Source of the DNA: Octopus bimaculoides
Taxonomy: Eukaryota
Length of the DNA stretch: 64,000 nucleotides
Direction: 5' to 3'
Assembly (NCBI RefSeq): GCF_001194135.2
Contig: NC_068982.1
Location: 136,158,294 to 136,222,293 of the forward strand
Part shown: one piece after another, positions 40,283 through 51,700 of the stretch
Numbering within the stretch: position 1 is the stretch's first letter
Layout: every line of letters starts with the position of its first letter
Position numbers and translations under genes: made by a program
Notes under the pieces: generated by a model
Told to the model about the DNA's origin: nothing
Databases searched by the model: none
The model's input: only the letters and a program-made list of their open reading frames with translations

Positions 40283-40942
40283 CTTTTCTACTCTAGACAC
40301 AAAACCCGAAATTTGGGGGTGGGGGCCAGTTGATTAGATTGACCCCAGTACGCAACTGGTACTTAATTTATCGACCTCGAAGGATGAAAAGCAAAGGCGA
40401 CCATGGCGGAATTTGAACTCAGAACATAAAGACAGACGAAATACTGCTAAGCCTTTCGCCAGGTGTGTTAACGTTTCTTATTTGTTTATTGCCCACAAGG
40501 GGCTAAACATAGAGGGAATGAACAAGGACAGATAAAGTGATTAAGTCGATTACACTGACCCCAGTGCGTAACTGGTACTTAATTTATCAACCCTGAGAGG
40601 ATGAAAGGCAACGTCGACTTCGGCGGAATTTGAGCACAGAACGTAACGGCAGACGAAATACCGCTAAGCATTTCGCCCGGCATGCTAATATTTCTGCCAG
40701 CTCGCCGCCTTGAATGTATTCTATATACTTTTCTGCTCTAGGCACAAGACCCGAAAGTTTTTGGAAGGGGGCCAGTCGATTAGATCGAACCCAGTACGCA
40801 ACTAGTACTTAATTTATCGATCCCGAATGTATGAAAGGCAAAGTCGACCTCGGCGGAATTTGAACTCAGAACGTCACGGCAGACGAAATAGCGGTAAGCA
40901 TTTCGTCCGGCGTGCTAACGTTTTTGCCAGCTCGCCGCCTTA
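40283..40942 (-). mobile_element. Dimeric OR2-like SINE (40283-40712) and monomeric copy (40727-40942) in tandem at one target site
   Basis: Three head+core units; target sequence aatgtattctatat present three times (40268, 40713, 40943). Confidence 0.9.
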
Positions 40943-43900
40943 AATGTATTCTATATTAGAAGACGCATGTCTTCATTCTTCTCGGACTAATTTATTTAGG
41001 TTATCATCATAACCATTTCCATTAAAACGAAATTCTCCGTTACATTTAGAATCACTGTAAACAAAACTATCAATTTCTTACACCCCCAGGTTCATAACCA
41101 CGTTCATTATCATTAGATATAACAGATGTATTGCTTTATTACACTCCAACATGACTTATCTTCCCTATCAATACAGTAGCATTTTCTTCATACTCCATCT
41201 TAACTGCCACTTCAATTATTATTGCAAGCGTCACAATAAAAATGGGGTTCTCTCCACCTTAACTACTACTGCTTCCAGTGTCTCTTTATGCAACACAGTA
41301 GCACTTTCTTACGGTCTACCTAACTTCTACTTTCTGTATCAATATAGTGGCACTTCTTTACGCACCACCATAACTTCTACTTTTAGTATCACTGTATCCA
41401 ACGCAGTAATAATTACCTGCATCCCGCCTTAGCTACTAGCTTCAGTATCATCGTATATAACACAAACTGTTGTCTTACACTACACCTTAACTGCAACTGT
41501 CATCATAAGCTCATAAAATACAGTAACCATTCCTCACACTACAATTTAACTGTTACTTTCCATATCATTGTATAAAATTCAGAATCAACTCTTATTTCCC
41601 TTAAACTTCAACAAATATTAGCATGCTTTCCAGCATAAGAAAACCCCTCACTCCACATTAACCGCTACTTTCATTAATACAGTATATATATATATCCCTG
41701 CCAACGTCTCACCCCACCGATACTGCTACTTTCATTATCACTGTATACAACTCACTGCAGCTCAACTGCTACTTTCACTAACACGATATACCGTTCAGGA
41801 AAGTCTTTCACGCTCCCTAATAAAATATTTTCAGTATCACGTTATATTCAACAAGCGCGCATTATTTCAGATACGATATTTATTTTCTATTCAATAACAT
41901 AATTTAAAATCCAGAGACATGTTTTATTTTATTCGAATCTCTATCCTTATAATGCATTACAGCAAACAATTTTTCTTTAAATTTGAGTACAGCAATCCCT
42001 CGCCATATCACGGTTCACCTATCGCGGTTTATTATTTAAGCTTACGTCGATTCCTCCGTGGTGTTGTATTGCATTTATAATAAAATAAATATATACAAAT
42101 TATAAAAATACTTTACAAAAATATATACAGTACAGTACTGTTTCTACTTCGTGTATTTTTACCTATTGCTGGGGGTTTTGGAATGATAGTCGATAGTCGA
42201 GGGATTACAATATTCTATTAAGAATCACTATGTACAAAACGAAAATTGTGCACTGCGACTAAACTGTTACAATCATAATCACCTTATACCACAGCATTTT
42301 ACTATAATTTAGATTCACAGGGGCAGTGATATTGCCTTTATCTCAATAGCTACAGTCAGTGTACAACATAGAAACACTTCTCACTCCACACTAAACGTTA
42401 TTTTCGGTATCATAATATGCAGCTAAGGAAAAGTTCTCATGCAATGAAATGCGTTACCACACATGCTACTTTCAGAGTTACGTTATAAATCACAGAAACA
42501 TCAATTGCATCTTCACTAGTAATATCTTAATCATTACCTTTCTGTATACTACCTACAGAAACATATCTAGCTTGACCTTAATGACTGGTACGTGATCCCA
42601 TTATCCTTTAACTACTACATTTAGGATCTATGTAAGCATGTTAACTAGATCCAGCTCCATCGTTACATTTAGTATCCCTATCAACAAAACAGTAACACTT
42701 CCTTATACTCCATCTGAACCAATACTTTCACTTTCAACATATACACAACATAATACCCTCTTACTCTCCACATTAACTGCTACCTTCTGTTTCAGATCAG
42801 GAAGGCTCTCTCACACCCCAACTTAAATACCGCTTTGACGTTCTACTAAATGCAACATAATGACTATTTCCGCACTCCACCCTCGCTATAGGTTTCACTA
42901 TCATCGTATACAACACTGTAATGTTTTCTCATTCTCCAACTTATCTGCTACCTTCATTACCAATATAAAGAACACAGAACGCGTTCCTACACTCCACCAT
43001 AACCACTACTTTGGTTATCACTATATACAGTTCAGTAACACCTTCTCACACTCCAACATAACTGCTACTTTCACTATCAGAATATACAATTCACTACTTT
43101 TCTACTGCTACTTTCAAATTTCAACCTATGCAGCACAATAAAACATTTCACTCAACATAATCCGTTATAATTAGAATCACGTGTAAACCAAAATAGATCT
43201 TTTTCATAAATCATATTTTTTATATTCAATATACGTTTATTGCAAAAAGAAGCGAGACTAATTACTTATTAACATACGCTAATTATAATACAGCAAAATA
43301 GCAAACATTTTATCATCCCAATTAAAGTACATTTAAAATTGCTATTTATGACAAAAATCGTTTACTTCATCTAAATTGCCACTGTTATATCAACCGGTTA
43401 CCACATAAAAACAACGTAATATTTCAGTCGACTTTCACCTATACTCACAATGTACATTAACAAATCAGATTACACCGCAGCAACTACTTTCGGGAGAATA
43501 ATATACAACACATTAGAAGGTCTTATGTCACTATAACCACTTCATTCCATCACGCGATCAATTTATTTAATTTTCACCTGAAATATTATAGTCTATACCT
43601 CATTGTACAGCGCAGAAATTTCTCGTTTCATTTTAAGCACCGCTTTTATGATATCGTTGAAGAACATACATGCCTTGATTCCAGTTTAACGAGTGCTTTT
43701 AGAAACAACAGGAAAACATCCTATCACTCCAGCTTAATAATCACATTTAGGATCACAAAAAGACCTTCTCATACTCCAACGTGGCTACTCCTCTTAAAAT
43801 AATGCTGTGCAATAGTAGAACTCCATCTCAACGACATTTTAACTGATTCCTTGTGTATATTACGGAGCAAACCCTCATACATAAGCGAGATACGTGCTCG

Positions 43901-44051
43901 GTTATGTATTAGGGTTTGCTCATGTTCTTTATTCATCTAATGGCACTATACTGCTCAAAACATATTCTTTTTTTTCTATCGTTACCATTATATACATGAT
44001 TCCTATATACAAGGAAAAAGATGTCTTCCTTTCTCTCTTATAAATACTAGT

Positions 44052-44462
44052 ATTTACTCTTTTACTCTTCTACTTGTTTCAGTCATTTGACTGTGGCCAT
44101 GCTGGAGCACCGCCTTTAGTCGAGCAAATCGACCCCAGGACTTATTCGTTGTGACCCTAGTACTTATTCTATCGGTCTCTTTTGCCGAACCGCTAAGTTA
44201 CGGGTCCGTAAACACACCAGCATCGGTTGGTTGTCGAGCGATGTTGGGGGACAAACACAGACACACAAACACACACACATATATACATATACATATATAC
44301 TTTCAGGTCTTCTTTCAGTTTCCGTTTACCAAATCCACTCACAAGGCTTTGGTCGGCCCGAGGCTAAAGTAGAAGACACTTGCCCAAAATGCCACGCAGT
44401 AGGACTGAACGCGGAAGCATGTGGTTAGTAAGCAAGCTAATTACCACACAACCACTCATCCA
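44052..44462 (-). mobile_element. OK-like SINE, full length
   Basis: Reverse complement of 36254-36690. Confidence 0.92.
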
Positions 44463-46404
44463 CCTTTAGCATAATATTATACAATACAAGAAGAAGCCTT
44501 TTTCCGGATACTTACCTTCTTCATTCCGCATTATTCTATACATCACGTTAATACCTTTCACTCCACAGAAAGCAACTTCCACAAACTCTATGACCATCAT
44601 ATCAATACATTCAACCAATCAATCGCTATTTCTAATTTCACGATCTCTATATACGTTATAGAAACACTTTCATTTGTCTCCATCAACTATGACTGCCAAA
44701 ATTAGAACATCCTACAGAGAGCTACCTCTCACTCTGTGTCACCTGCTACATTTAGTATCACAGTGTACATGTCAAGATCTCATTCTGTATCTCCACCTTA
44801 ATTGCTACTTCGAATCCTACATTAGAAGAAACACATCACTTCAGCTTAACTGCTAATTTCATTATCACATTGTACACATCAATAAAACCTTTCTATCTGC
44901 CTTAGCCGTTACTTCCACATTTCCGTTATACTTCACACAAACATATTTTCGTGCCCACCTAAAGTTTATCAGCTGCTTCTCAGTGTACAACGCTGTGAGA
45001 CTTCTTATTTCATATCAAACTCTCCTTTTATGGTACAACACAACACCTAGACAGCTACACTATGATTATAATACACAAGACAGGAACTCGCTCTCCAAAT
45101 AACTGTTACGTTTATCAGTCTATGATGTAGCATGCAGTAACAGTTATACTTAAAATTCTGCGGTAACAATTACATTTCAAATTCTTTACCGCCCCTCAAC
45201 TACTATTTTCAGAGTCTCTCTCTACATAAGTATTGTTTCAAAACCATTGTATACAGCACACTATAGTTAACGGTTACTGCTCCATAACCGCTGCCTTTCT
45301 TCATTCATTCTAGACTAAATGTTACGTTCATAATCACGATATACAGCAAAGGAACACCAATCACTTCAACTGTACTGCGATTTCCACCACAACATACAGT
45401 GGCAATATACCGTTCACTCCATCTACATCTTAAATTGTACAGTATGCTGCATAGAAACACTCTTCCCTCCACCTTAGCTGCTACCTTCACATGAACGGTA
45501 CATTTCATAGGAGACCACCTCAAGCATTCTTCTCAGTGCAAAATATACATCTCATATACACGTTATTTCCTCGCCGCATTTGCTGTTATACTCAGTATCA
45601 CTGGATACAAAACAATGACACATATTGCATCGTAAGCATTAGTATAAGGTAGTATAATAAAATATTCTACTGTACTTGCTATTATTATATACCAAACGGA
45701 AATGCTTTCTTTTTCATTTTTTTCAACCGTTAAGGCACAATCGCTGTTACAACGCGAAGATAGCTTGTTTTACTTCAGCTCAACAACATTAACTGCATTT
45801 CAATTGATATTTTCAGATTCATGTTGTATACTACTTGTAGGCCTAATAACCTCCTTTAAGCATCTCATTTCAAGATCACGACATGTTGCAGAAAAAAAAA
45901 AACAAACACGTTCATTTACTCCATCGTAACTGCTATTTACGTAATTACTATATACAAAGAAAGTGTGACATCGCTCACGTTATTTTAACAAACAGTTATA
46001 GTGAAACTGTGTACGTCACAAGAATCTCTCCCTCAGCACAACAGTTATATTCAATATGACAGCATGCAACGCATGAATACCATTCGTTCACACTAACTTC
46101 ATCTCTTCTTTGTATATCACAGTAAAACTCTACCCCACTCCACCTTATTCAGTATTTTTGGATGACAAGTTACAACACGAGTAGAGGCCTTTTACGTTAC
46201 TTTTCTATTTATATTGCAGAATCACCTTCATTGATATTTACGGTGTGACTCTATACAAAGGAGGAACAATTTCTCTCACTTCCGTATAATTACTAATTAC
46301 TATTTCACAGGTAAACAGATGCACAATGACCTCTCAATTATATAAAATATATATAAAACCATTATTCTATGCTAATTTAGTTAATTGTGACATAGAAATT
46401 TAGA

Positions 46405-46721
46405 GTGCCCATGTGATAACTGTAAACCTACTTGAACTTCTTGAACTTTTCTGTACTTTCTTTGTACTTTCTGCTTTTTTCTATTGTCATCTTTTCTTAC
46501 TGTTTCCGCCTCCATTTCCACCCACTCTCCACTCTGCTTCAACCATCCTACCCATACTCCGTACCATTTCTGTGTTCCTTTCTGTTGAAGAGCGTAGGCT
46601 CGAAACGTAAAAGATTTTCTCACTTCCCGAACGTTAAACTAATACATCTGTTTGTTGCTTACACACCTGTCTTCCGTCTTTTTGTTTTGTTAGTTTGTTT
46701 TATTTTGTAAATTCCAACTAT
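46405..46721 (+). mobile_element. Penelope-like / retrozyme-like non-coding fragment
   Basis: Shares ..tgttgaagagcgtaggctcgaaacgtaaaagattttctcacttcccgaacgttaaactaatacatctgtttgttg..acacctgtcttc..gtaaatt..actat with 60620-60810 and 60950-61140; contains a hammerhead-like motif. Confidence 0.6.
46578..46613 (+). ncRNA. Minimal type-I hammerhead-ribozyme-like motif (A6U variant, extra A after A9)
   Basis: cuuu-CUGUUGA-A-GAGC(GUAG)GCUC-GAAA-CG-UA-aaag: 4-bp stem I, 4-bp stem II, palindromic ACGU stem III, GUA site. Confidence 0.6.
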
Positions 46722-47642
46722 NNNNNNNNNNNNNNNNNNNNNNNNNNNNNNNNNNNNNNNNNNNNNNNNNNNNNNNNNNNNNNNNNNNNNNNNNNNNNNN
46801 NNNNNNNNNNNNNNNNNNNNNNNNNNNNNNNNNNNNNNNNNNNNNNNNNNNNNNNNNNNNNNNNNNNNNNNNNNNNNNNNNNNNNNNNNNNNNNNNNNNN
46901 NNNNNNNNNNNNNNNNNNNNNNNNNNNNNNNNNNNNNNNNNNNNNNNNNNNNNNNNNNNNNNNNNNNNNNNNNNNNNNNNNNNNNNNNNNNNNNNNNNNN
47001 NNNNNNNNNNNNNNNNNNNNNNNNNNNNNNNNNNNNNNNNNNNNNNNNNNNNNNNNNNNNNNNNNNNNNNNNNNNNNNNNNNNNNNNNNNNNNNNNNNNN
47101 NNNNNNNNNNNNNNNNNNNNNNNNNNNNNNNNNNNNNNNNNNNNNNNNNNNNNNNNNNNNNNNNNNNNNNNNNNNNNNNNNNNNNNNNNNNNNNNNNNNN
47201 NNNNNNNNNNNNNNNNNNNNNNNNNNNNNNNNNNNNNNNNNNNNNNNNNNNNNNNNNNNNNNNNNNNNNNNNNNNNNNNNNNNNNNNNNNNNNNNNNNNN
47301 NNNNNNNNNNNNNNNNNNNNNNNNNNNNNNNNNNNNNNNNNNNNNNNNNNNNNNNNNNNNNNNNNNNNNNNNNNNNNNNNNNNNNNNNNNNNNNNNNNNN
47401 NNNNNNNNNNNNNNNNNNNNNNNNNNNNNNNNNNNNNNNNNNNNNNNNNNNNNNNNNNNNNNNNNNNNNNNNNNNNNNNNNNNNNNNNNNNNNNNNNNNN
47501 NNNNNNNNNNNNNNNNNNNNNNNNNNNNNNNNNNNNNNNNNNNNNNNNNNNNNNNNNNNNNNNNNNNNNNNNNNNNNNNNNNNNNNNNNNNNNNNNNNNN
47601 NNNNNNNNNNNNNNNNNNNNNNNNNNNNNNNNNNNNNNNNNN
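46722..47642. other. Assembly gap (N)
   Basis: Run of N. Confidence 1.
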
Positions 47643-48249
47643 ATATATATCATACATTATCTCAAATATGTATACTATATAATATATATATTATACTTTA
47701 TCTCAAATATGTATAGTATATATATATTACATTATATATACTATTACGATATATAAATTCACAATGAATTTTTTAATCATAATGTATATCACACGAAATT
47801 ATTTCACTTCGTATTGAACCAGTTGCTGTCACAACGTAAGGTATAATTTTACCCTACCACATACAAGACAGGAACATATTCTCTCTCCATGAACCCTTAT
47901 GTTCATCTGTCTACACCACAACAAACTATAGCTGTTACAATTAGAACTCTACTAAAACTCTGGAAAATTTACTGCCCTGCATTTAAACTACTATCTTTAT
48001 ATTCGTCTCTTATATCACCGTAAGTCCGGTAGATAGAACATGAGTTCCTTTCACTGGAGCTTAAATGCAGTTTTCAAAATCATTGTTAATACAACACAGA
48101 AACATATTCTATCTGGTTAATACGTATGTATTAAGTTCACCCTATTTTCCTCAATTTGACTGCTACTTAGAGAATATGTGTATACAATACATACTGAATT
48201 GTCCGTAGGCTACCTTAGTCGCTGCCTTTATAATATCTGTACACATGAT

Positions 48250-48869
48250 TAGGCGGCGAGCAGGTAGAAACGTTAGCCCGTCGGGCGAAATGCTTAGCAG
48301 TATTTCGTCTGCCGTTACGTTCTGAGTTCAAATTCGGCCGAGGTCGACTTTGCCTTTCATCTTTTCGGGGTCGATAAATTAAGTACCAGTTACGCACTGG
48401 GGTCGATATAATCAACTTAATCCGTTTATCTGTCCTTGTTTGTCCCCTCTGTGTGTAGCCCCTTGTGGGCAGTAAAGAAATAGGTATTTCGTCTGCCGTT
48501 ACGTTCTGAGTTCAAATTCCGCCGAGGTTGACTTTGCTTTCATCCTTTCGGGGTCGATAAATTAAGTACCAATTACGCACTGAGGTCGATGTAATCGACG
48601 TAATCCTTTTGTCTGTCTTGTTTGTCCCCTCTATGTTTAGCTCCTTGTGGGCAATAAAGAAATAAGAAATGTTAGCACGCCGGGCGAAATACTCAGTGGA
48701 ATTTCATCTGTTTTTACGTTCTGAGTTTAAATTCCGCTGAGGTCGACTTTGCCGTTCACCCTTTCGGGGTCGTCTTAAGTAATTAAGTAACAGTTGCGTA
48801 CTGGAGGTCGATCTAATCGATTGACCCCCGTCTCCCAAAATTTCGGGCCTTGTCCCTAGAGTAGAAAAG
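48250..48869 (+). mobile_element. Trimeric OR2-like SINE within a single TSD
   Basis: Three core units (near 48345, 48530, 48745); 18-bp TSD aatatctgta(c/t)acatgat at 48232-48249 and 48870-48887. Confidence 0.9.
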
Positions 48870-49809
48870 AATATCTGTATACATGATGGTTACCCCTACC
48901 ATCATGTGACTTGAACCGCTACCCACATTCACTCCAATTTAACCGCCACTAACGATCTCTCCAACTTAACTGCTATTCACGTTCAATCCACCTTAGACTT
49001 ATCTTTCAGCCCACTCCACTTTATATACAATTTTAATTCTGACAATATATAGAAGAATGCCTTTAGCTCCAACTGAACAGCAACTATCACAATCGCGTGG
49101 TTACGATACAGTAAAGCCTCCAGTCAATCGATCTTAGCTGTACCTTTCACAATCCCAGTATACTACATAGAAACACACCTCTCTTTCAATTTCATTTTCT
49201 CTTTCTTTCTCTCCCTCTTTCTCTCTCTTTTTCCATTTAGATTCATTATATACAACACAGAAATGAGGTCTCCTCAACCGCTATTTTCAGAACGCCAGTA
49301 TTCAGAGCAGAAAATCCTTCCATTGCACTTTAAGTGCTACTAATAGTATCACTGTATGAATCACAGGTATTCTCTCACGTGACAATTTTCTCTGTCACGT
49401 CAAAAACAACGAACGCAACTTATTTCTTTTCCACGTTATCTATTATATTCTCTATGAAAAAAATTCATTTCCCCTTAAACACTATTCTTATAATTTAGCA
49501 CAAACGTACACATTATTTCAACATTTACAATCGCTACATGCAAGAGAGGGAATACTCGTTCTAAATTCTCTGTTGTTTTCTCTGTGATACTATTTACTCT
49601 CTCGCTCTATCTCAACCACTGCTTTCTCGATTACAGCATATGAAAATCTTTCACTCCATCGTATACGTTGCGTGCAAAATCACCGTACACAAGACTGTAA
49701 TAATTTCTGTCTTTTTTACAGTCTATTTTAGAACCGCGCTATGCAGCCCTGGGAGTTCATTGTATTAAGACTTTACAGCTATTTTCATTATCACTTTGTG
49801 AAAGACATT

Positions 49810-49960
49810 GAGCTGAGTTCAAATTTCGCCGAGGTGGATTATGCTTTTCATCCTTCCCAGGTCGATAAAATAATTACTAGTCAAACACTAGGGTCAATGC
49901 AATCAACTTCCTGTCCCTTCAAAAAGTACTGGCTCTGTGCCAAAATTTGAAACTGTTTTC
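49810..49960 (+). mobile_element. 5'-truncated OR2-like SINE
   Basis: gagttcaaatttcgccgaggtggattatgcttttcatccttcccaggtcgataaaataa. Confidence 0.8.
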
Positions 49961-50042
49961 ACTTTGAGAAAGAATGAGAAGCCTCTCGTTCAGTGTCACC
50001 TTCTACAACATTTATCTACCGTTAATCGGCCACTAGTTGAAT

Positions 50043-50073
<31 letters not shown>

Positions 50074-50238
50074 GTTTTATTAACAAATATGAGTAATATT
50101 GTTACATATTTTGAATATCAGTGGCAATACCATATAACATTGGAAGCAGAAACAGCTGTTAGATGGGATGCAGTATTGAATTAATAAATAATAATTGATG
50201 TAAGTCAATTGTTGTTAATCAGTACTTCTCCATTTTCT

Positions 50239-50277
<39 letters not shown>

Positions 50278-50278
<1 letters not shown>

Positions 50279-50471
50279 GGAGGGGTTCTGAAGAGTTCTT
50301 GGCTTTAAGGATGTCGTGAAAGGCCTGGCTGGAGACCCAACTTTCAGAATTCTTTTGCAAAGCTTAGGAAAACCAAAGGACCGTTGCGATAAGTTAATGA
50401 ATCTGAATAAAATCTTAACTGATCTTCCTGATTTTCTGCAACTCAAAGTCAAAACTTTTCAGCACCCCTCG
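50278..50471. mobile_element. Tc1/mariner-derived MITE, ~194 bp
   Basis: TA|CGGAGGGGTTCTGAAGAGTTCTTGGCTTT at left and AAAGTCAAAACTTTTCAGCACCCCTCG|TA at right are imperfect TIRs with TA flanks. Confidence 0.75.
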
Positions 50472-50964
50472 TAAATATGTTCATATATCAAACTTACTGC
50501 GTTTCATAATAGTTGTATTAGAATCTCAATGTACTACATCAGTAGATGTTTTACAAAATTTCTTTGCAAAGCTGAGAATAAACCTGGTTCAATCTACATC
50601 AACAGTAACTTACCAAATTACCAGACAGAGGAGCCAAACTCTTTCTATTTCTTCCCCATAACTACAATTTACAACATCACTAAATTTAACACGCTAGACT
50701 TATAGTGACAAGATAGAACTTCTAAATCTGATTTTAAAGCACAATTTATACCACATATAATCTTCTACTTTACATGAGCTAATTATTGTCAGTCATACAT
50801 AGAGCCTAAGGACATATTTTAACCTCATCTAAATTTCATAATTACGGTGTACAAGATTCGAACACTTTTGTGTTCATTTGCCTGCAACGCAAAATCATTG
50901 CTTTTAATTGTATTAAGTGTTACACTTTGACTCTATTTTTGTAACACATTCGTCACCCAACAAC

Positions 50965-51250
50965 TGGGGTCGATATAATCGACTTTATCCCCTTTTCTGT
51001 CGTTGTTTGTCCCCTCTGTGTGTAGCCCCTTGTGGGTAGTAAAGAAATAAGAAACGTTAGAACGTCGGGCGAAATGCTTAGCGGTATTTCATCTGCCTTT
51101 ACGTTTTGAGTTCAAATTCCATCGAGGTCGATTTCGCCTTTCATCCTTTCCGGGTCGATGAAATAAGTACCAGTTGCGTACTGGAGTCGATCTAATCGAT
51201 CGCCCACCCACCAATTTTTCGGGCCTTCTGCCTAGAGTAGAAAAGAATAT
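50965..51250 (+). mobile_element. 5'-truncated dimeric OR2-like SINE
   Basis: Tail A (…ttgtgggtagtaaagaaata) followed by head, core and tail B. Confidence 0.87.
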
Positions 51251-51519
51251 TATTGACGTGTGATCGATGTCAACCCTAACCCTAACCCTAACACACAATA
51301 ACCGACTACAGCTGAACCTAAGTAGTTTGTGGTTTGTATTTCTTTAGATCCAACCAAAGAAGAAAAAAACAACTTTCCAATCTTTCTATACCTATCCTTC
51401 TATACTTAGTGTATCTCGGCTTGTTTTATTTCTTCTTCCGATTTTTATTCTTTGCAAGTGAATCTAAGCTATACAAGGTTGCTATCTCAACACATCTATC
51501 GATGTTATTGCAATTGTTG

Positions 51520-51700
51520 TTGTTGTTGTTGTTTAGATCCAAAGCAGCTCTGACCGAGTATACTTACAATGACAGTCGTTCTACCCGAGACCATTTCCAA
51601 AAACCGACACATAATATCCAACACTGCACCATCCAATGAATTGAAAATTTCATTCTTTTAAAGAACGTAGTGTATGATTTACCAGGCATTTCACTATTGT
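51520..51700 (-). mobile_element. Retroposon 3' fragment with (CAA)n tail
   Basis: (TTG)n on the plus strand followed by a GC-richer segment; family not identified. Confidence 0.35.

Larger units (their letters stand above)
32244..49740. repeat. Degenerate ~55-61-bp tandem repeat array with kb-scale higher-order structure, interrupted by SINEs, a MITE, a Penelope-like piece and a gap
   Basis: Recurrent motif ctcactccacmttaacygctactttcagtatcactgtatacaacacag. The 26-mer CTCACTCCACATTAACCGCTACTTTC is exact at 33117, 34596 and 41647. Adjacent monomer spacings counted: 58 (34596-34654), 55 (38550-38605), 61 (41647-41708). The plus strand is visibly G-poor. Confidence 0.85.

Noticed and set aside
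32244-49740. Array monomers as a repeat protein (TATFSITV-like), repeated 3' splice sites (TTAAC..TACTTTCAG) or a CRISPR-like array
   Set aside because: Monomer length varies (55-61 bp) with frequent stops, so no frame is kept. The branch-like A is only ~13 nt from the AG. Inter-box sequences are homologous to each other rather than unique spacers, and the context is eukaryotic.
50066-50205. Possible small MITE (tacatcagttttatt / aataattgatgta)
   Set aside because: The inverted match is short and AT-rich, with no second copy in the window.
51272-51292. (CCCTAA)3 telomere-like repeat
   Set aside because: Only three units; too short to indicate a telomere fusion or healing site, and such stubs are common in animal repeats.
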